A stretch of DNA of 64,000 bases from a bacterium (GTDB taxonomy: Bacteria; Fidelibacterota; Fidelibacteria; Fidelibacterales; Fidelibacteraceae): the NCBI GenBank assembly GCA_963676395.1, contig OY781066.1:1952001-2016000 (forward strand), read 5' to 3'. The notes under the pieces are model-generated. The model was not told the origin of the DNA, made no database searches, and saw only the letters and a list, made by a program, of their open reading frames with translations. The translations under genes and the position numbers were made by a program. This document shows positions 30,480 to 40,657 of this stretch, one piece after another; positions within the stretch are counted from its first letter, which is position 1; every line of letters starts with the position of its first letter.

Positions 30480-31355
30480 ATGCTTCGCTTTCGGGAAGAC
30501 ATCTTTACGAATGAGGTGCTGGGACTTATCCGGCAAGCATCCACTGAGCTTCCTGAAGATGTAGAAAATGCTCTCAAGAATGCTTTAGCGCAGGAAGAAC
30601 CGAGCTCTACGGCAAATATGGTATTGAGTAGCATTCTGGAGAATGTTGATCTTGCAAGAAAAACAAGCCGGCCAATGTGTCAAGACACAGGGTTGCCGGC
30701 TTTTTATATTTCATACCCTCAATCCGTATCAACATTAAAGATCAAAAAATGCGTTGAAAAAGCTGTGGTAGCTGCCACCAAAAAAGGCTATTTGCGGCCC
30801 AATGCCATGTCCTCTCTTACCGCTTATAACAGTGGTGATAATATTGGTAAATATATTCCGCATATTGAGTTTACCGAATGGCTTGAAGATGATATTCATG
30901 TCAAGTGTATGCTCAAGGGCGGTGGTTGCGAAAATGTATCCACGCAGTATGCTATTCCAAGTCCGGGCCTGAAGGCCGGTCGAGATATGGATGGTGTGTT
31001 TACTTGCGTGATGGATGCCGTGCAAAAGGCTCAAGGTAAAGGTTGCGCTCCCGGTATTCTTGGAATAGGGATCGGAGGAGATCGGACCATATCCATATCC
31101 CTTGCCAAAAAGCAGTTGTTTAGAGATCTTAATGATGTTAATCAGTGTTCGTATTTAGTCGAGCTCGAAGAACGTATCATGAAAGAAGCAAATACATTGG
31201 GTATCGGTCCCATGGGACTTGGCGGTAAAACCACCGTATTAGCGGCAAAAGCCGAAACCGCATATCGTATACCTGCATCGTATTTTGTTTCAGTATCCTA
31301 TATGTGTTGGGCATGTCGAAGAAAAGAAATGACATTTAAGTTGGACAATAAATGA
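30480..31355 (+). CDS. Fe-S fumarate hydratase/tartrate dehydratase, alpha subunit
   Basis: PMCQDTG, KGGGCEN, GCAPG, GIGPMGLGG, CWACR. Confidence 0.9.
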   Translation: MLRFREDIFTNEVLGLIRQASTELPEDVENALKNALAQEEPSSTANMVLSSILENVDLARKTSRPMCQDTGLPAFYISYPQSVSTLKIKKCVEKAVVAATKKGYLRPNAMSSLTAYNSGDNIGKYIPHIEFTEWLEDDIHVKCMLKGGGCENVSTQYAIPSPGLKAGRDMDGVFTCVMDAVQKAQGKGCAPGILGIGIGGDRTISISLAKKQLFRDLNDVNQCSYLVELEERIMKEANTLGIGPMGLGGKTTVLAAKAETAYRIPASYFVSVSYMCWACRRKEMTFKLDNK

Positions 31356-31939
31356 GTACAATATCGCTGACATTGCCGCTGAAAGAAGATGAGGTCCGAC
31401 GGTTAAAAGTCGGTGATACCGTATTACTATCCGGCACTTTGATTACCGGGCGTGATATGGCGCATACCTGGTTGGTTAAAGAGAAAAGATCCGACGTCGC
31501 GGAATTGTTAAGGGGGTCTGCGATCTATCATTGCGGTCCGATCATGCTTAAAGAAGATGATAAGTGGGTATGCAAAGCAGCCGGCCCAACCACCTCGATC
31601 CGTGAAGAACCATATTTGGCCGATGTAATGAAAGAGTATGGTGTAAAGGCAGTGATCGGCAAAGGAGGCATGGGAGAGAAGACGGCCAATGCACTAAAAG
31701 AGTACGGTGGTGTCTATCTTTTTGCCGTCGGTGGTGCAGCAGTATTACTGGCCGATCATATCGAAGAGGTTCTTGATGTTCATAAACTCGAAGACTTCGG
31801 AGTCCCTGAAGCCATGTGGGTCCTAAAGGTCAAAGATATGCCGCTGATCGTGAGCATGGATTCGCATGGGAAGTCGTTGCATGATGAGGTGGCGGATGTT
31901 AGTGCCGAGGCGTTTGGAAATATAATAAGTAAACAGTAA
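31352..31939 (+). CDS. Fe-S fumarate hydratase/tartrate dehydratase, beta subunit
   Basis: TGRDMAH, YHCGP, AGPTTSIR, IGKGGM, DSHGKSL. Confidence 0.9.
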   Translation: MSTISLTLPLKEDEVRRLKVGDTVLLSGTLITGRDMAHTWLVKEKRSDVAELLRGSAIYHCGPIMLKEDDKWVCKAAGPTTSIREEPYLADVMKEYGVKAVIGKGGMGEKTANALKEYGGVYLFAVGGAAVLLADHIEEVLDVHKLEDFGVPEAMWVLKVKDMPLIVSMDSHGKSLHDEVADVSAEAFGNIISKQ

Positions 31940-32107
31940 ACAGTAAACAGTAAACAGTGAACAGTAAACAGTAAACAGTAAACAGTAAACAGTAAACAGT
32001 AAACAGTAAACAGTAAACAGTAAACAGTAAACAGTAAACAGTAAACAGTAAACAGTAAACAGTAAACAGTAAACAGTAAACAGTAAACAGTAAACAGTAA
32101 ACAGTAA
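31928..32107. repeat. Heptamer tandem repeat (AGTAAAC)x25
   Basis: 25 full units plus AGTAA; one variant unit AGTGAAC at 31956; provides the stop codon of the fumarase beta gene. Confidence 0.98.
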
Positions 32108-32214
32108 TGAATAGATCAACTGTTTACCTCAGTTCATTACTTAGTGTTTAGCGTTATTTTTTCAAGTTCTAAGCTTTTTTAACATATAAAAACCTTTCAA
32201 TTTCACCTTAATTC

Positions 32215-33318
32215 ATGTTATTTTCCAGCGTGAGCAAGAAAAAGGACATTATTGTTGGAATGAGCGGTGGCGTGGACTCTACCGTTGCGGTGCATCTGCT
32301 TCAACAGCAGGGGTACAATGTCCTGGGCGTCACTCTTCGGCTTGCCGATAACTATCTCCATGATAAGAGTAAACAGAACGAAGTGATTGCAAAAGCCAAA
32401 GCCGTATGCGATCGTTTTGGAATTGAGCATGTGGTCTCGGATCAAACCCCTGATTTTGATACCTGCGTGGTCAAGTATTTTGCCAACGAGTATTTTAAAG
32501 GTTCAACCCCGAATCCTTGCGTTCAATGTAATTTCCATCTCAAGTGGGGAGCCTTACTTAAGATCGCCGATGAACGAGGTATTGATAAAATAGCTACCGG
32601 TCATTATGCTAAAGTCGTGGAAGAAGATGGTCGTTATATATTGCTAAAGGGTGAAGATAGGGCGAAAGATCAATCGTATTTCTTATGGCGACTTACTCAG
32701 CGGCAACTTTCAAGAACAGTGTTCCCATTAGGAAGGATCACCAAAGAAGAGATCAAAGCCATTGCTCGCGATCTGGAGCTGCCTCAATCCAATCAGGCGG
32801 AATCTCAGGATGTTTGCTTTATACCTGATAACGACTATAAGCAATTTCTTGCAAAATATTTTCCCGAAGATCTAAAGAAGATCGGTGAAGGGTATTTTGT
32901 GGATATGAACGGGAAAGTTCTGGGTAAGCATGACGGATACTATCGTTTTACCATTGGTCAGCGTAAAGGTTTAGGTATCGCCCTTGGCGAACCGGCCTAT
33001 GTGCGGGCGATTGATCCCCAAACAAATACCGTAACGATCGGTATGGCCATGGATATGGATGACCTGGGATGCACGGTTAAAGATATAAATTGGTTTGATG
33101 GCGAAATGCCGACATCTGCGATTGATGTGCTGGTGAAGATCCGTTATCGTAATGCAGGAGTTATCGCAAGAATGGAACCGCTTGGGAATGGCAATTATCA
33201 TTTAACATTCAGTGAGAGTGTTAAAGCGGTTACGCCGGGTCAATCTGCGGTGTTTTACAAAGATGAACAAGTATTGGGAGGCGGAATTATCGTTCTTCCT
33301 GAAATAGAAAGAAGTTGA
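32215..33318 (+). CDS. mnmA: tRNA 2-thiouridine(34) synthase
   Basis: GMSGGVDS, TPNPCVQCN, ATGHYA, KDQSYFL, TIGQRKGLG, TPGQSAVFY. GTG 32230 is an alternative start. Confidence 0.97.
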   Translation: MLFSSVSKKKDIIVGMSGGVDSTVAVHLLQQQGYNVLGVTLRLADNYLHDKSKQNEVIAKAKAVCDRFGIEHVVSDQTPDFDTCVVKYFANEYFKGSTPNPCVQCNFHLKWGALLKIADERGIDKIATGHYAKVVEEDGRYILLKGEDRAKDQSYFLWRLTQRQLSRTVFPLGRITKEEIKAIARDLELPQSNQAESQDVCFIPDNDYKQFLAKYFPEDLKKIGEGYFVDMNGKVLGKHDGYYRFTIGQRKGLGIALGEPAYVRAIDPQTNTVTIGMAMDMDDLGCTVKDINWFDGEMPTSAIDVLVKIRYRNAGVIARMEPLGNGNYHLTFSESVKAVTPGQSAVFYKDEQVLGGGIIVLPEIERS

Positions 33319-33319
33319 G

Positions 33320-34114
33320 ATGAAAAAGACAATCAAAAGTCTTATAAAAATGAAACAAAAAGGTGAAAAGATCACCGCACTAACTGCATATGAAGCCTTG
33401 TTTGCAGGTTACTTGGATGAAGTCGGTATTGATTTTATTTTAGTGGGTGATTCAGCCGGTATGGTGTTTGCGGGACATGAGACCACATTACCCATCACCA
33501 TGGATGAAATAATCTACCATACACGCTCGGTACGTCGGGCTGTAAAAGAATCCTTGTTAGTTGCAGATATGCCTTTTATGAGCTATCAGGTCTCCGTAGA
33601 AGATGCCCTTCGCAATGCTGGAAGATTGCTCAAGGAAGGTGGTGCCGAAGCCGTTAAAATGGAAGGCGGTTCCCGAATTTTGGAGCAAGTTAAAGCTTGT
33701 GTAGATGCGGGAATTCCGGTTATGGGGCATTTGGGTATGACACCTCAAAGCGTGAATCAGTTCGGTGGTTTTAAAACACAAGCCAAGAAAGATTATGAGG
33801 CCGAAGAACTCATCAGGGAAGCCTTAGCACTTGAAAAAGCCGGTGTTTTTGCCATTGTTTTGGAAAAAATTCCTGCCGCATTGGCCAAAAAAGTTTCAGA
33901 AGAATTAAAGATTCCTACAATCGGCATTGGTGCCGGTGTGGAAACGGATGGACAAATTTTGGTTACTCAGGATATGCTGGGCATGTACGAAAAATTTAAA
34001 CCGAAATTCGTTCGCCGTTATGCTGAGTTGGCAAGCACTATAAAGCATGCGCTAAAAGGCTACAATGATGATGTAAAGTCCGGAGTATTTCCCAATAAAG
34101 AAGAGAGTTTCTAG
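33320..34114 (+). CDS. panB: 3-methyl-2-oxobutanoate hydroxymethyltransferase
   Basis: LVGDSAGM, ADMPFMSY, VKMEGG, TIGIGAG. Confidence 0.97.
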   Translation: MKKTIKSLIKMKQKGEKITALTAYEALFAGYLDEVGIDFILVGDSAGMVFAGHETTLPITMDEIIYHTRSVRRAVKESLLVADMPFMSYQVSVEDALRNAGRLLKEGGAEAVKMEGGSRILEQVKACVDAGIPVMGHLGMTPQSVNQFGGFKTQAKKDYEAEELIREALALEKAGVFAIVLEKIPAALAKKVSEELKIPTIGIGAGVETDGQILVTQDMLGMYEKFKPKFVRRYAELASTIKHALKGYNDDVKSGVFPNKEESF

Positions 34115-34950
34115 TGGAAAGAATTTCAGATGTAAAATGGATGCAACAGCGTGCTAACGAACTTCGTACTCAGGGTAAGAGCATTGGTTTTGTCCCTACA
34201 ATGGGCTACTTGCATGAAGGACACTTATCGCTGGTTGATGCGGTCCGTAAAGAACATGATGTCGTTGTGATGTCCATTTTTGTTAATCCCACGCAGTTTG
34301 GCCCCAACGAAGATTTTGATTCTTATCCACGTGATATCGAAAGAGATGAGTCTTTAGCTAAAGCTCGTGGTGTAGATATTGTTTTTTACCCTCAGGTAAA
34401 AGATATGTATCCCGGCGATGATCTTACCTGGGTGAATGTTGAAAAAATCACCGGCGTATTATGTGGTGCGTCTCGAGAAGGTCATTTTCGTGGAGTGACC
34501 ACGATTGTGACTAAGCTTATTAATATTGTTAAACCGCATACCATGGTTTTAGGACAAAAAGATGCTCAGCAGGCAGCCGTTCTTACAAAAATGGTGGAAG
34601 ATCTCAATATGGATGTTAAGTTGATTATTGCTCCTATTGTCAGAGAAGCCGATGGCTTGGCTATGAGTTCTCGCAATGTGCGCCTAACACCCGAGAACAG
34701 AAAATATGCTTTAGTGCTTTCACAATCACTATCTTTATTAAGGCAAGAAATGCAAAGCGGCGCGGACTTAAAGCATTCGCTTGAAAAAGCGAAAGAAAAA
34801 ATTAGTAGTACACCCAATGCTGAATTGGAATATCTAGAAGCACGCTCTTATCCTCTTTTGGACTTGGTGGAACAACCAACTGGAAAGACATTGATTGCTG
34901 TCGCTGTAAGGTTTGGAGATGTGCGTTTAATAGATAATATATTGCTGTGA
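34114..34950 (+). CDS. panC: Pantoate--beta-alanine ligase
   Basis: VPTMGYLHEGH, FVNPTQF, GQKDAQQ, GLAMSSRN, RLIDN. Confidence 0.97.
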   Translation: MERISDVKWMQQRANELRTQGKSIGFVPTMGYLHEGHLSLVDAVRKEHDVVVMSIFVNPTQFGPNEDFDSYPRDIERDESLAKARGVDIVFYPQVKDMYPGDDLTWVNVEKITGVLCGASREGHFRGVTTIVTKLINIVKPHTMVLGQKDAQQAAVLTKMVEDLNMDVKLIIAPIVREADGLAMSSRNVRLTPENRKYALVLSQSLSLLRQEMQSGADLKHSLEKAKEKISSTPNAELEYLEARSYPLLDLVEQPTGKTLIAVAVRFGDVRLIDNILL

Positions 34951-35089
34951 GCCAACAGTAAATAGAAAATAGCCTACAGCAAACAGCTGATAGCTGACTG
35001 CTGAGTTGCCCACTATTGATTATTAAAGTTACTTGAAAAAGATGAAGACATTAGTTATTTTATAAAGATTTAGAATTATTAAGGAAAAA

Positions 35090-35446
35090 ATGAAAAAGAC
35101 ATTTTTACATGCAAAGATACACAGAGCCACCGTAAAGGAGGCCAATCTGAATTATACCGGATCAATTTCTATCCCCTACGACCTGATGCAAGAAGCGGGA
35201 ATTTCGGAATACGAATTGGTTCAGGTTGTTAATATTAACAATGGCGTTCGCTTTGAGACCTATGTAATAAAAGGTGAAGCGGGATCTAAAAATATTTGTT
35301 TGAACGGTGCTGCGGCAAGATTAGCTTTGGTTGATGATAGAGTCATTATTATGGCTTATTGTGAACTTGAACAGCAAGAGATCGAAACGCATAAGCCTAC
35401 CGTCCTTGTTTTAGATGAAGATAACAATATAATTGAAAGAAAGTAG
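35090..35446 (+). CDS. panD: Aspartate 1-decarboxylase
   Basis: KIHRATV, YTGSISI autocleavage site, NGVRFETY, LNGAAAR. Confidence 0.97.
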   Translation: MKKTFLHAKIHRATVKEANLNYTGSISIPYDLMQEAGISEYELVQVVNINNGVRFETYVIKGEAGSKNICLNGAAARLALVDDRVIIMAYCELEQQEIETHKPTVLVLDEDNNIIERK

Positions 35447-35454
35447 GAGACTCC

Positions 35455-36192
35455 ATGTCACAAGCTCTGTCGACAGTCATATTAGCTGCCGGTAAAGGTA
35501 CACGAATGAAATCAGACTTACCCAAGGTTTTGCATAAGGTGTTGGGTGAAACCATGGTCGCTCGAGTCGTTCGTACCGCAGAAGAAGTGGGTAGCACCAA
35601 GAATGTTGTGGTGATTGGCCATAAAAAAGAATTGGTGGAAGAAGAATTAGCAGGCAAGAATGTCGATTTCGCCGTACAAGCAGAACAATTGGGAACGGGC
35701 CACGCCGTGATGATGGCCGAAACTGCACTCAAAGATTTTGATGGCGATGTATTGATCCTGGCCGGCGATGTTCCTCTTTTGAGAACGTCTACATTGAATA
35801 AATTAATGGAAACGCATCGTAGTACTAATGCCGATGCAACTGTGCTTTCTGCAATCTTTGAAGATCCCCATGGTTACGGTCGTATCGTAAGAACTCCTGA
35901 GGGTGACTATTCGCATGGCGTTGAAGAAAAAGACGCAGATGAAGAAATTAAGAAGATCAAAGAGATCAATTCGGGTATTTATGTGTTTAAAGCAGATCTT
36001 CTTTTCCATTATTTGACTTTTATTGGAACAGATAACGCTCAAGGAGAGTATTATTTAACGGATGTCCTCCCGATGATGCGTAAGGATAACAAAAAAGTCG
36101 CACTTCAGGTAGCCGACGATCCCGATGAGATTCAGGGTGTAAATACCGTAGATCAGCTTAAAGAAGTCGAGGAAAAACTAAAGGCAAGATAA
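35455..36192 (+). CDS. GlmU-like N-acetylglucosamine-1-phosphate uridyltransferase (N-terminal domain only)
   Basis: LAAGKGTRMKSDLPKVLH, QLGTGHAV, GYGRIVR, NAQGEYYLTD; ends before the hexapeptide acetyltransferase domain. Confidence 0.88.
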   Translation: MSQALSTVILAAGKGTRMKSDLPKVLHKVLGETMVARVVRTAEEVGSTKNVVVIGHKKELVEEELAGKNVDFAVQAEQLGTGHAVMMAETALKDFDGDVLILAGDVPLLRTSTLNKLMETHRSTNADATVLSAIFEDPHGYGRIVRTPEGDYSHGVEEKDADEEIKKIKEINSGIYVFKADLLFHYLTFIGTDNAQGEYYLTDVLPMMRKDNKKVALQVADDPDEIQGVNTVDQLKEVEEKLKAR

Positions 36193-36713
36193 TGAAAGTT
36201 CTAAAAGGACTAATGTTGTTGAGTATGATACTGGTTGCATCCTTAAGTGCCCAGATCATTGATGATATTTCTGAATTTACCAGAACAGGTGTCGGTTACG
36301 ATATGTCCGATGCTAGATCATCGGCGGCATTTTTAGATTGGTCTCAGTTCCAGATGAACCACTCTGTTTCAATGAGTGTGGGGGCTTCGGCTGTAGGATC
36401 ACAATCCTTTTTAACCTATCATAATCAATTTTATATGCCATTGAACTCAAAGTTGTCATTTTATGGTAATCTGTATTGGCAACTTCAGGCATATGCCTCA
36501 AATCCTGCATTACAAAGATTGAATGCACCTGTAGGTGATATATATTTTGACGCAAATTTGGTCTACAAGATCAATGAAAATACAAATTTGAGTATTGGTG
36601 TTGCCAGATATCCGGCTACGTATGGATATTATAATTCCTATGATCCTTTTTATCATGGAGGTTATTCACCTTATTCAATGTTTAATAACTATTATCCGGG
36701 GATAAGGCCATAG
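36192..36713 (+). CDS. Hypothetical exported protein
   Basis: Signal peptide; translationally coupled within the operon. Confidence 0.75.
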   Translation: MKVLKGLMLLSMILVASLSAQIIDDISEFTRTGVGYDMSDARSSAAFLDWSQFQMNHSVSMSVGASAVGSQSFLTYHNQFYMPLNSKLSFYGNLYWQLQAYASNPALQRLNAPVGDIYFDANLVYKINENTNLSIGVARYPATYGYYNSYDPFYHGGYSPYSMFNNYYPGIRP

Positions 36714-36721
36714 ACAGTCAG

Positions 36722-37195
36722 TTGGTAAACAAAATTTTGAATGGCGCGATCATTCTTGCAGCTGTTCTCATCCTATTCTTTGTGTACTCAGCATGGGTAG
36801 ATAAACCACTGCGTGAACATGATTTGGTTGACGTTTTGCCCTCTGAAGGTATTAGTATGGATTCTCGGGCTTTATTGGAGACTCAAACCACGGGTATAGT
36901 TGTACGTATATTGAATGGTAATGGTACCGGTGGTGTTGCTTACAAATTAAGAGAATATCTTCTGACTCAGGGTTTTGATGTAAGTGAAACCACAAATGCT
37001 GACCATTTTAACTATGAAAAGACCATTGTTTATTTACATAGTTCAGATTATTCTATCTCAACAAAGGTATCCAGGGCATTGGGTATAGAGAATAATCCTA
37101 TTATGGATGATAGAGCCCCAAATTATCCGTGTGATATTACTGTACTTATGGGTAAAGATTATAAACAATTACCACCATTTTTAGATGAAAATTAA
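36722..37195 (+). CDS. LytR C-terminal domain protein
   Basis: N-terminal TM helix; VRILNGNGTGGVA, TNADHFNY and DITVLMGKDY. Confidence 0.88.
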   Translation: MVNKILNGAIILAAVLILFFVYSAWVDKPLREHDLVDVLPSEGISMDSRALLETQTTGIVVRILNGNGTGGVAYKLREYLLTQGFDVSETTNADHFNYEKTIVYLHSSDYSISTKVSRALGIENNPIMDDRAPNYPCDITVLMGKDYKQLPPFLDEN

Positions 37196-37204
37196 AGGAG
37201 CCGC

Positions 37205-37585
37205 ATGGCCGAAAAACAAGTATTGAATGACAAAGAAATTTCCCACGAATTAGCAAAGATGATCGGCGAATTAGCACTGGAGAAACAAGCGGAAGATATC
37301 GTGGTGATGGATGTCAGTAAGCTTGCCGGGTTTACCGATTATTTTGTTGTTGCAACCGCTACTTCAGAAATACATATGAAAACGCTTGCCGATTATGTTG
37401 AAGATGAATTATCCCAATATAAGGTAAAGGTTTGGCATAAAGAAGGTTACGAAAACAAGAAATGGATCCTTTTGGATTTTGTTGATGTGGTTTTTCACCT
37501 TTTTGATGCAGAAACCCGCGAATATTACGATCTTGAAACATTATGGGCAGATGCCGAAAAGACCATCGTTCGTGATGAAGAATAA
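37205..37585 (+). CDS. rsfS: Ribosome silencing factor RsfS
   Basis: EKQAEDIVVMDV, WILLDFVDVVFHLF, REYYDLETLW. Confidence 0.96.
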   Translation: MAEKQVLNDKEISHELAKMIGELALEKQAEDIVVMDVSKLAGFTDYFVVATATSEIHMKTLADYVEDELSQYKVKVWHKEGYENKKWILLDFVDVVFHLFDAETREYYDLETLWADAEKTIVRDEE

Positions 37586-37608
37586 GTCTTAGTTTAAGTA
37601 TCAAGAAT

Positions 37609-37635
37609 GCAGGGGCGGACCAATGTGTCCGCCCT
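37609..37635. repeat. GTAG-type REP-like hairpin (family B)
   Basis: gcaggggcggac-caatgt-gtccgccct just after the rsfS stop. Confidence 0.55.
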
Positions 37636-37826
37636 TTATTATTGGGTGGAAAAAGGCTAAACTCAATTTGATATTGTCTCCAAGCATCCGTCGTATCTGT
37701 CGGCTGACAGAGTAGGAGGAGGGTTTTGGATCTTATTTGCTTATTAAATTTGCTTCGTAAATATTAGTAAATTTTACGCAATTGAGGTTTGTTGTTTTAC
37801 GCCAAGAATTTAGTATCTTTAATTTT

Positions 37827-37850
37827 CCTTGGGTATAAACCCAAGGCTAT
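37827..37850. repeat. REP-like palindrome family A, copy 5
   Basis: ccttgggtataaacccaaggctat. Confidence 0.65.
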
Positions 37851-38444
37851 AAAATTAGTATAATAATCTCATAAATCCGAAAAAATAAAATTCTTACATT
37901 TGTTAATTATTATTTTCAATTTCTGTTTTTAAAATAGTTTATCATAAATAATGGGGTGGAAAATTGAGAAGTATTAACGTCTTATTCGTAAGGATATATA
38001 AATCAGTAATAATGAGTTGTATTATATTATCAATTTTATTGAGCAAGGGTTTGTATGCTATTGATATAAATTCATCTCCAATCTCAATATATGGAACTTA
38101 CCATTCTGCAGATCCAATATTATTGTTTAATAATCTAGAATTTAAGGAAGTTACAGTAATGTTTATCATATTGGTTATACACCTGAGGATGGATTAAATT
38201 CGCAATTATCTCCCTCTTATTCATTTAATTTAAAATGGAGATTCTAATTAAAAAAAGTATAGTGAAATATTATTGGACTACTGGCGTAGTCCTTTTTTAT
38301 TGTTGTACTATTTTTCCGGGGAATTAAAGAAAATGAGGTCTTACGTTTTACACTTTTCCTTGTAATTCTCTTTAAATTAGTTAAATTTACATGCTTTGCG
38401 GGGCAGGGAAGGATTGAATTGTCAAAAAAGGAGAATACAACGCT

Positions 38445-39116
38445 ATGAGCGATGACAAAACAACAAAGAAAGCAATGGATGAAACGGTAAATCCGGAGCA
38501 ACCCGCAAACGCACAGAAATCAGAATCCAAAAGCCGGAAGGCAGAAGATAAGGTACAAACTTCTACCAAGACTAGTGCCGATAAGAAAGACAAGAAGAAG
38601 TCTGAGGATAAAAAAGAAAAAAAGAAAGCCATAAAAAAGCCTTCGTTGACTCAAAAAGAGATCGATAAGCTCATTCTTGAGAATGCAGATCTAAAAGCCG
38701 AAAATAAAGAAAATAAAGACAAATTTCTTTTGATAGCGGCGGAATTTGAGAATTTTAAAAAACGCACAAATAAAGATCAACTTCGATCTAGAGAGTTATA
38801 TAAAGAAAGTATGTTAGCCGGATTATTACCGGTGCTAGATGATATTGATCGTGGTCTACAACATCACAAAGGTGATGAAACGGAAGAAGCTTTGAACATG
38901 ACTAAAACGAAACTTTTAGCATATTTGGAAAACTATGAGATCAAAGCTTTCGATTCTGTTGGGCAAGAATTTGATCCCGATAAGCATGATGCTATGCTGA
39001 CAAGAACCGAAGAGGATAAAGACAATAACACTGTCCTCGAAGAATTTGAAAAGGGTTATGTCATTGGTAAAAAAGTACTTCGCCATGCGAAGGTTATTGT
39101 AAATATAATTGAGTAA
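38445..39116 (+). CDS. grpE: Nucleotide exchange factor GrpE
   Basis: [39 protein letters not shown]. Confidence 0.97.
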   Translation: MSDDKTTKKAMDETVNPEQPANAQKSESKSRKAEDKVQTSTKTSADKKDKKKSEDKKEKKKAIKKPSLTQKEIDKLILENADLKAENKENKDKFLLIAAEFENFKKRTNKDQLRSRELYKESMLAGLLPVLDDIDRGLQHHKGDETEEALNMTKTKLLAYLENYEIKAFDSVGQEFDPDKHDAMLTRTEEDKDNNTVLEEFEKGYVIGKKVLRHAKVIVNIIE

Positions 39117-39120
39117 AAAT

Positions 39121-40254
39121 ATGCCTAGAGATTATTATGAAATATTGGGAGTTGCTAAAAGTGCAAGCGCTGATGAGCTGAAAAAAGCCTATCGTAAGCT
39201 GGCAGTAAAGTATCACCCTGATAAAAATCCGGATAATAAGGAAGCGGAAGAGAAATTCAAAGAAGCTGCAGAAGCATATTCTGCGCTATCTGATCCCGAG
39301 AAAAGACAACGCTACGACCAATTTGGTCATGATGGACTGAAACAAAATGGTTTTGGTGGTGGCGGGGCCGGATTCTCCGGACAAGGAATGTCTATGGATG
39401 ACATTTTCTCGCAATTTGGATCAATTTTCGGTGACGCTTTCGGTGGCGGTGGTGGTTTTTCATCATTTTTTGGTGGGAATACCCAGCGTGGAAACAGCAA
39501 TCGTGGATCAGATCTACGAGTTAACCTTAGAATGACCTTGGAAGAAATCTACAGCGGTGCTCAAAAGCAGATCAAGATAAAACGCTTTGAGACTTGCGAT
39601 GTCTGCCATGGAGAAGGTGGAACAGGTAAACGTACTTGTCCAACCTGTCAGGGACATGGAAAGGTTCGTGAACGAGTGAATTCTTTCTTTGGTCAAATGA
39701 TCTCAGAAAAAGTATGTCCTACCTGCCATGGAAGTGGTACTATCATCGAGAACCCCTGTAATGTATGTCATGGAGATGGACGAGTTAAGCGTGAAGCTAC
39801 AGTTAGTATTGATATTCCCGAAGGTGTTCAAGATGGTAATTACATGACCATGTCCGGTGAAGGAAATGCCGGAAAGCAGGGAGGCGGGCGCGGTGATCTT
39901 ATTGTGATCTTTAAAGAAAAAGACCACAGTATATTTACCCGTTCAGGTAATGATATTGTAGTTTCTTGTGTTGTTAGCTGGCCACAAGCAGTATTGGGGG
40001 ATGAAATCGAGGTTCCAACTCTAAGCGGTAAAGTATCATTTAAGCTTAATGCGGGAACGGAGCACGGAAAGATCTACAGATTACGTGGAAAAGGCTTGCC
40101 GGTATTGCATGGACACAGGCATGGTGACCAACTGATTCAGGTGAAAATAGCTACGCCAAAACAACCCGATAAGGCGGAAAAAAAGCTTATAAAAGAATTA
40201 TATCAATTGTATTCGGGCAAAAAAAATAGTAAAATTGAAAAGTTTATACCCTGA
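39121..40254 (+). CDS. dnaJ: Chaperone DnaJ
   Basis: J-domain HPD, G/F region, four CxxCxGxG repeats. Alternative TTG start at 39109. Confidence 0.98.
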   Translation: MPRDYYEILGVAKSASADELKKAYRKLAVKYHPDKNPDNKEAEEKFKEAAEAYSALSDPEKRQRYDQFGHDGLKQNGFGGGGAGFSGQGMSMDDIFSQFGSIFGDAFGGGGGFSSFFGGNTQRGNSNRGSDLRVNLRMTLEEIYSGAQKQIKIKRFETCDVCHGEGGTGKRTCPTCQGHGKVRERVNSFFGQMISEKVCPTCHGSGTIIENPCNVCHGDGRVKREATVSIDIPEGVQDGNYMTMSGEGNAGKQGGGRGDLIVIFKEKDHSIFTRSGNDIVVSCVVSWPQAVLGDEIEVPTLSGKVSFKLNAGTEHGKIYRLRGKGLPVLHGHRHGDQLIQVKIATPKQPDKAEKKLIKELYQLYSGKKNSKIEKFIP

Positions 40255-40269
40255 TAAAGGGGGCTTTTT

Positions 40270-40641
40270 ATGTTGACTAAAAAAGAAAAAAATATCGTTC
40301 TTGTCATTGCACTTGTATTGCTTCTTGGAGCAATAGGTTTTATCGTACGTAAAGTAATTAAAAAACAAGTACCTTTGTCGGGTAAAAACGTTAAAATGCA
40401 AGATGAGTTTAAGCGTGAAAATGAAGTTGAAAGTAAGCTCGATCTCGAGACACCTGTAAACATTAATGATGCAAATTTGCTTGAAATTGAAGCATTACCA
40501 TATTTAGGTATTGAAAGAGCAAAAGATATTATTGAATATAGAGAAAAGAATGGCCCTTTTAAATCTTTGGAAGAATTGACCAATATTTCCGGGATCGGGG
40601 CAAAGACATTAGAAAAGTTAAAACCCTTAATTACCATATAG
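40270..40641 (+). CDS. comEA: ComEA-family helix-hairpin-helix DNA-binding protein
   Basis: N-terminal TM helix; VNINDA...LPYLGIERAKDIIEYREKNGPFKSLEELTNISGIG. Confidence 0.85.
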   Translation: MLTKKEKNIVLVIALVLLLGAIGFIVRKVIKKQVPLSGKNVKMQDEFKRENEVESKLDLETPVNINDANLLEIEALPYLGIERAKDIIEYREKNGPFKSLEELTNISGIGAKTLEKLKPLITI

Positions 40642-40657
40642 CGCATTAGGAGGTATT

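Noticed and set aside
31928..32107. Possible CRISPR array
   Set aside because: 7-bp units with no spacers and no cas genes in the window.
31823..32119. 98-aa ORF with YCLLFTV repeats
   Set aside because: Translation of the heptamer array on the minus strand; overlaps the fumarase gene.
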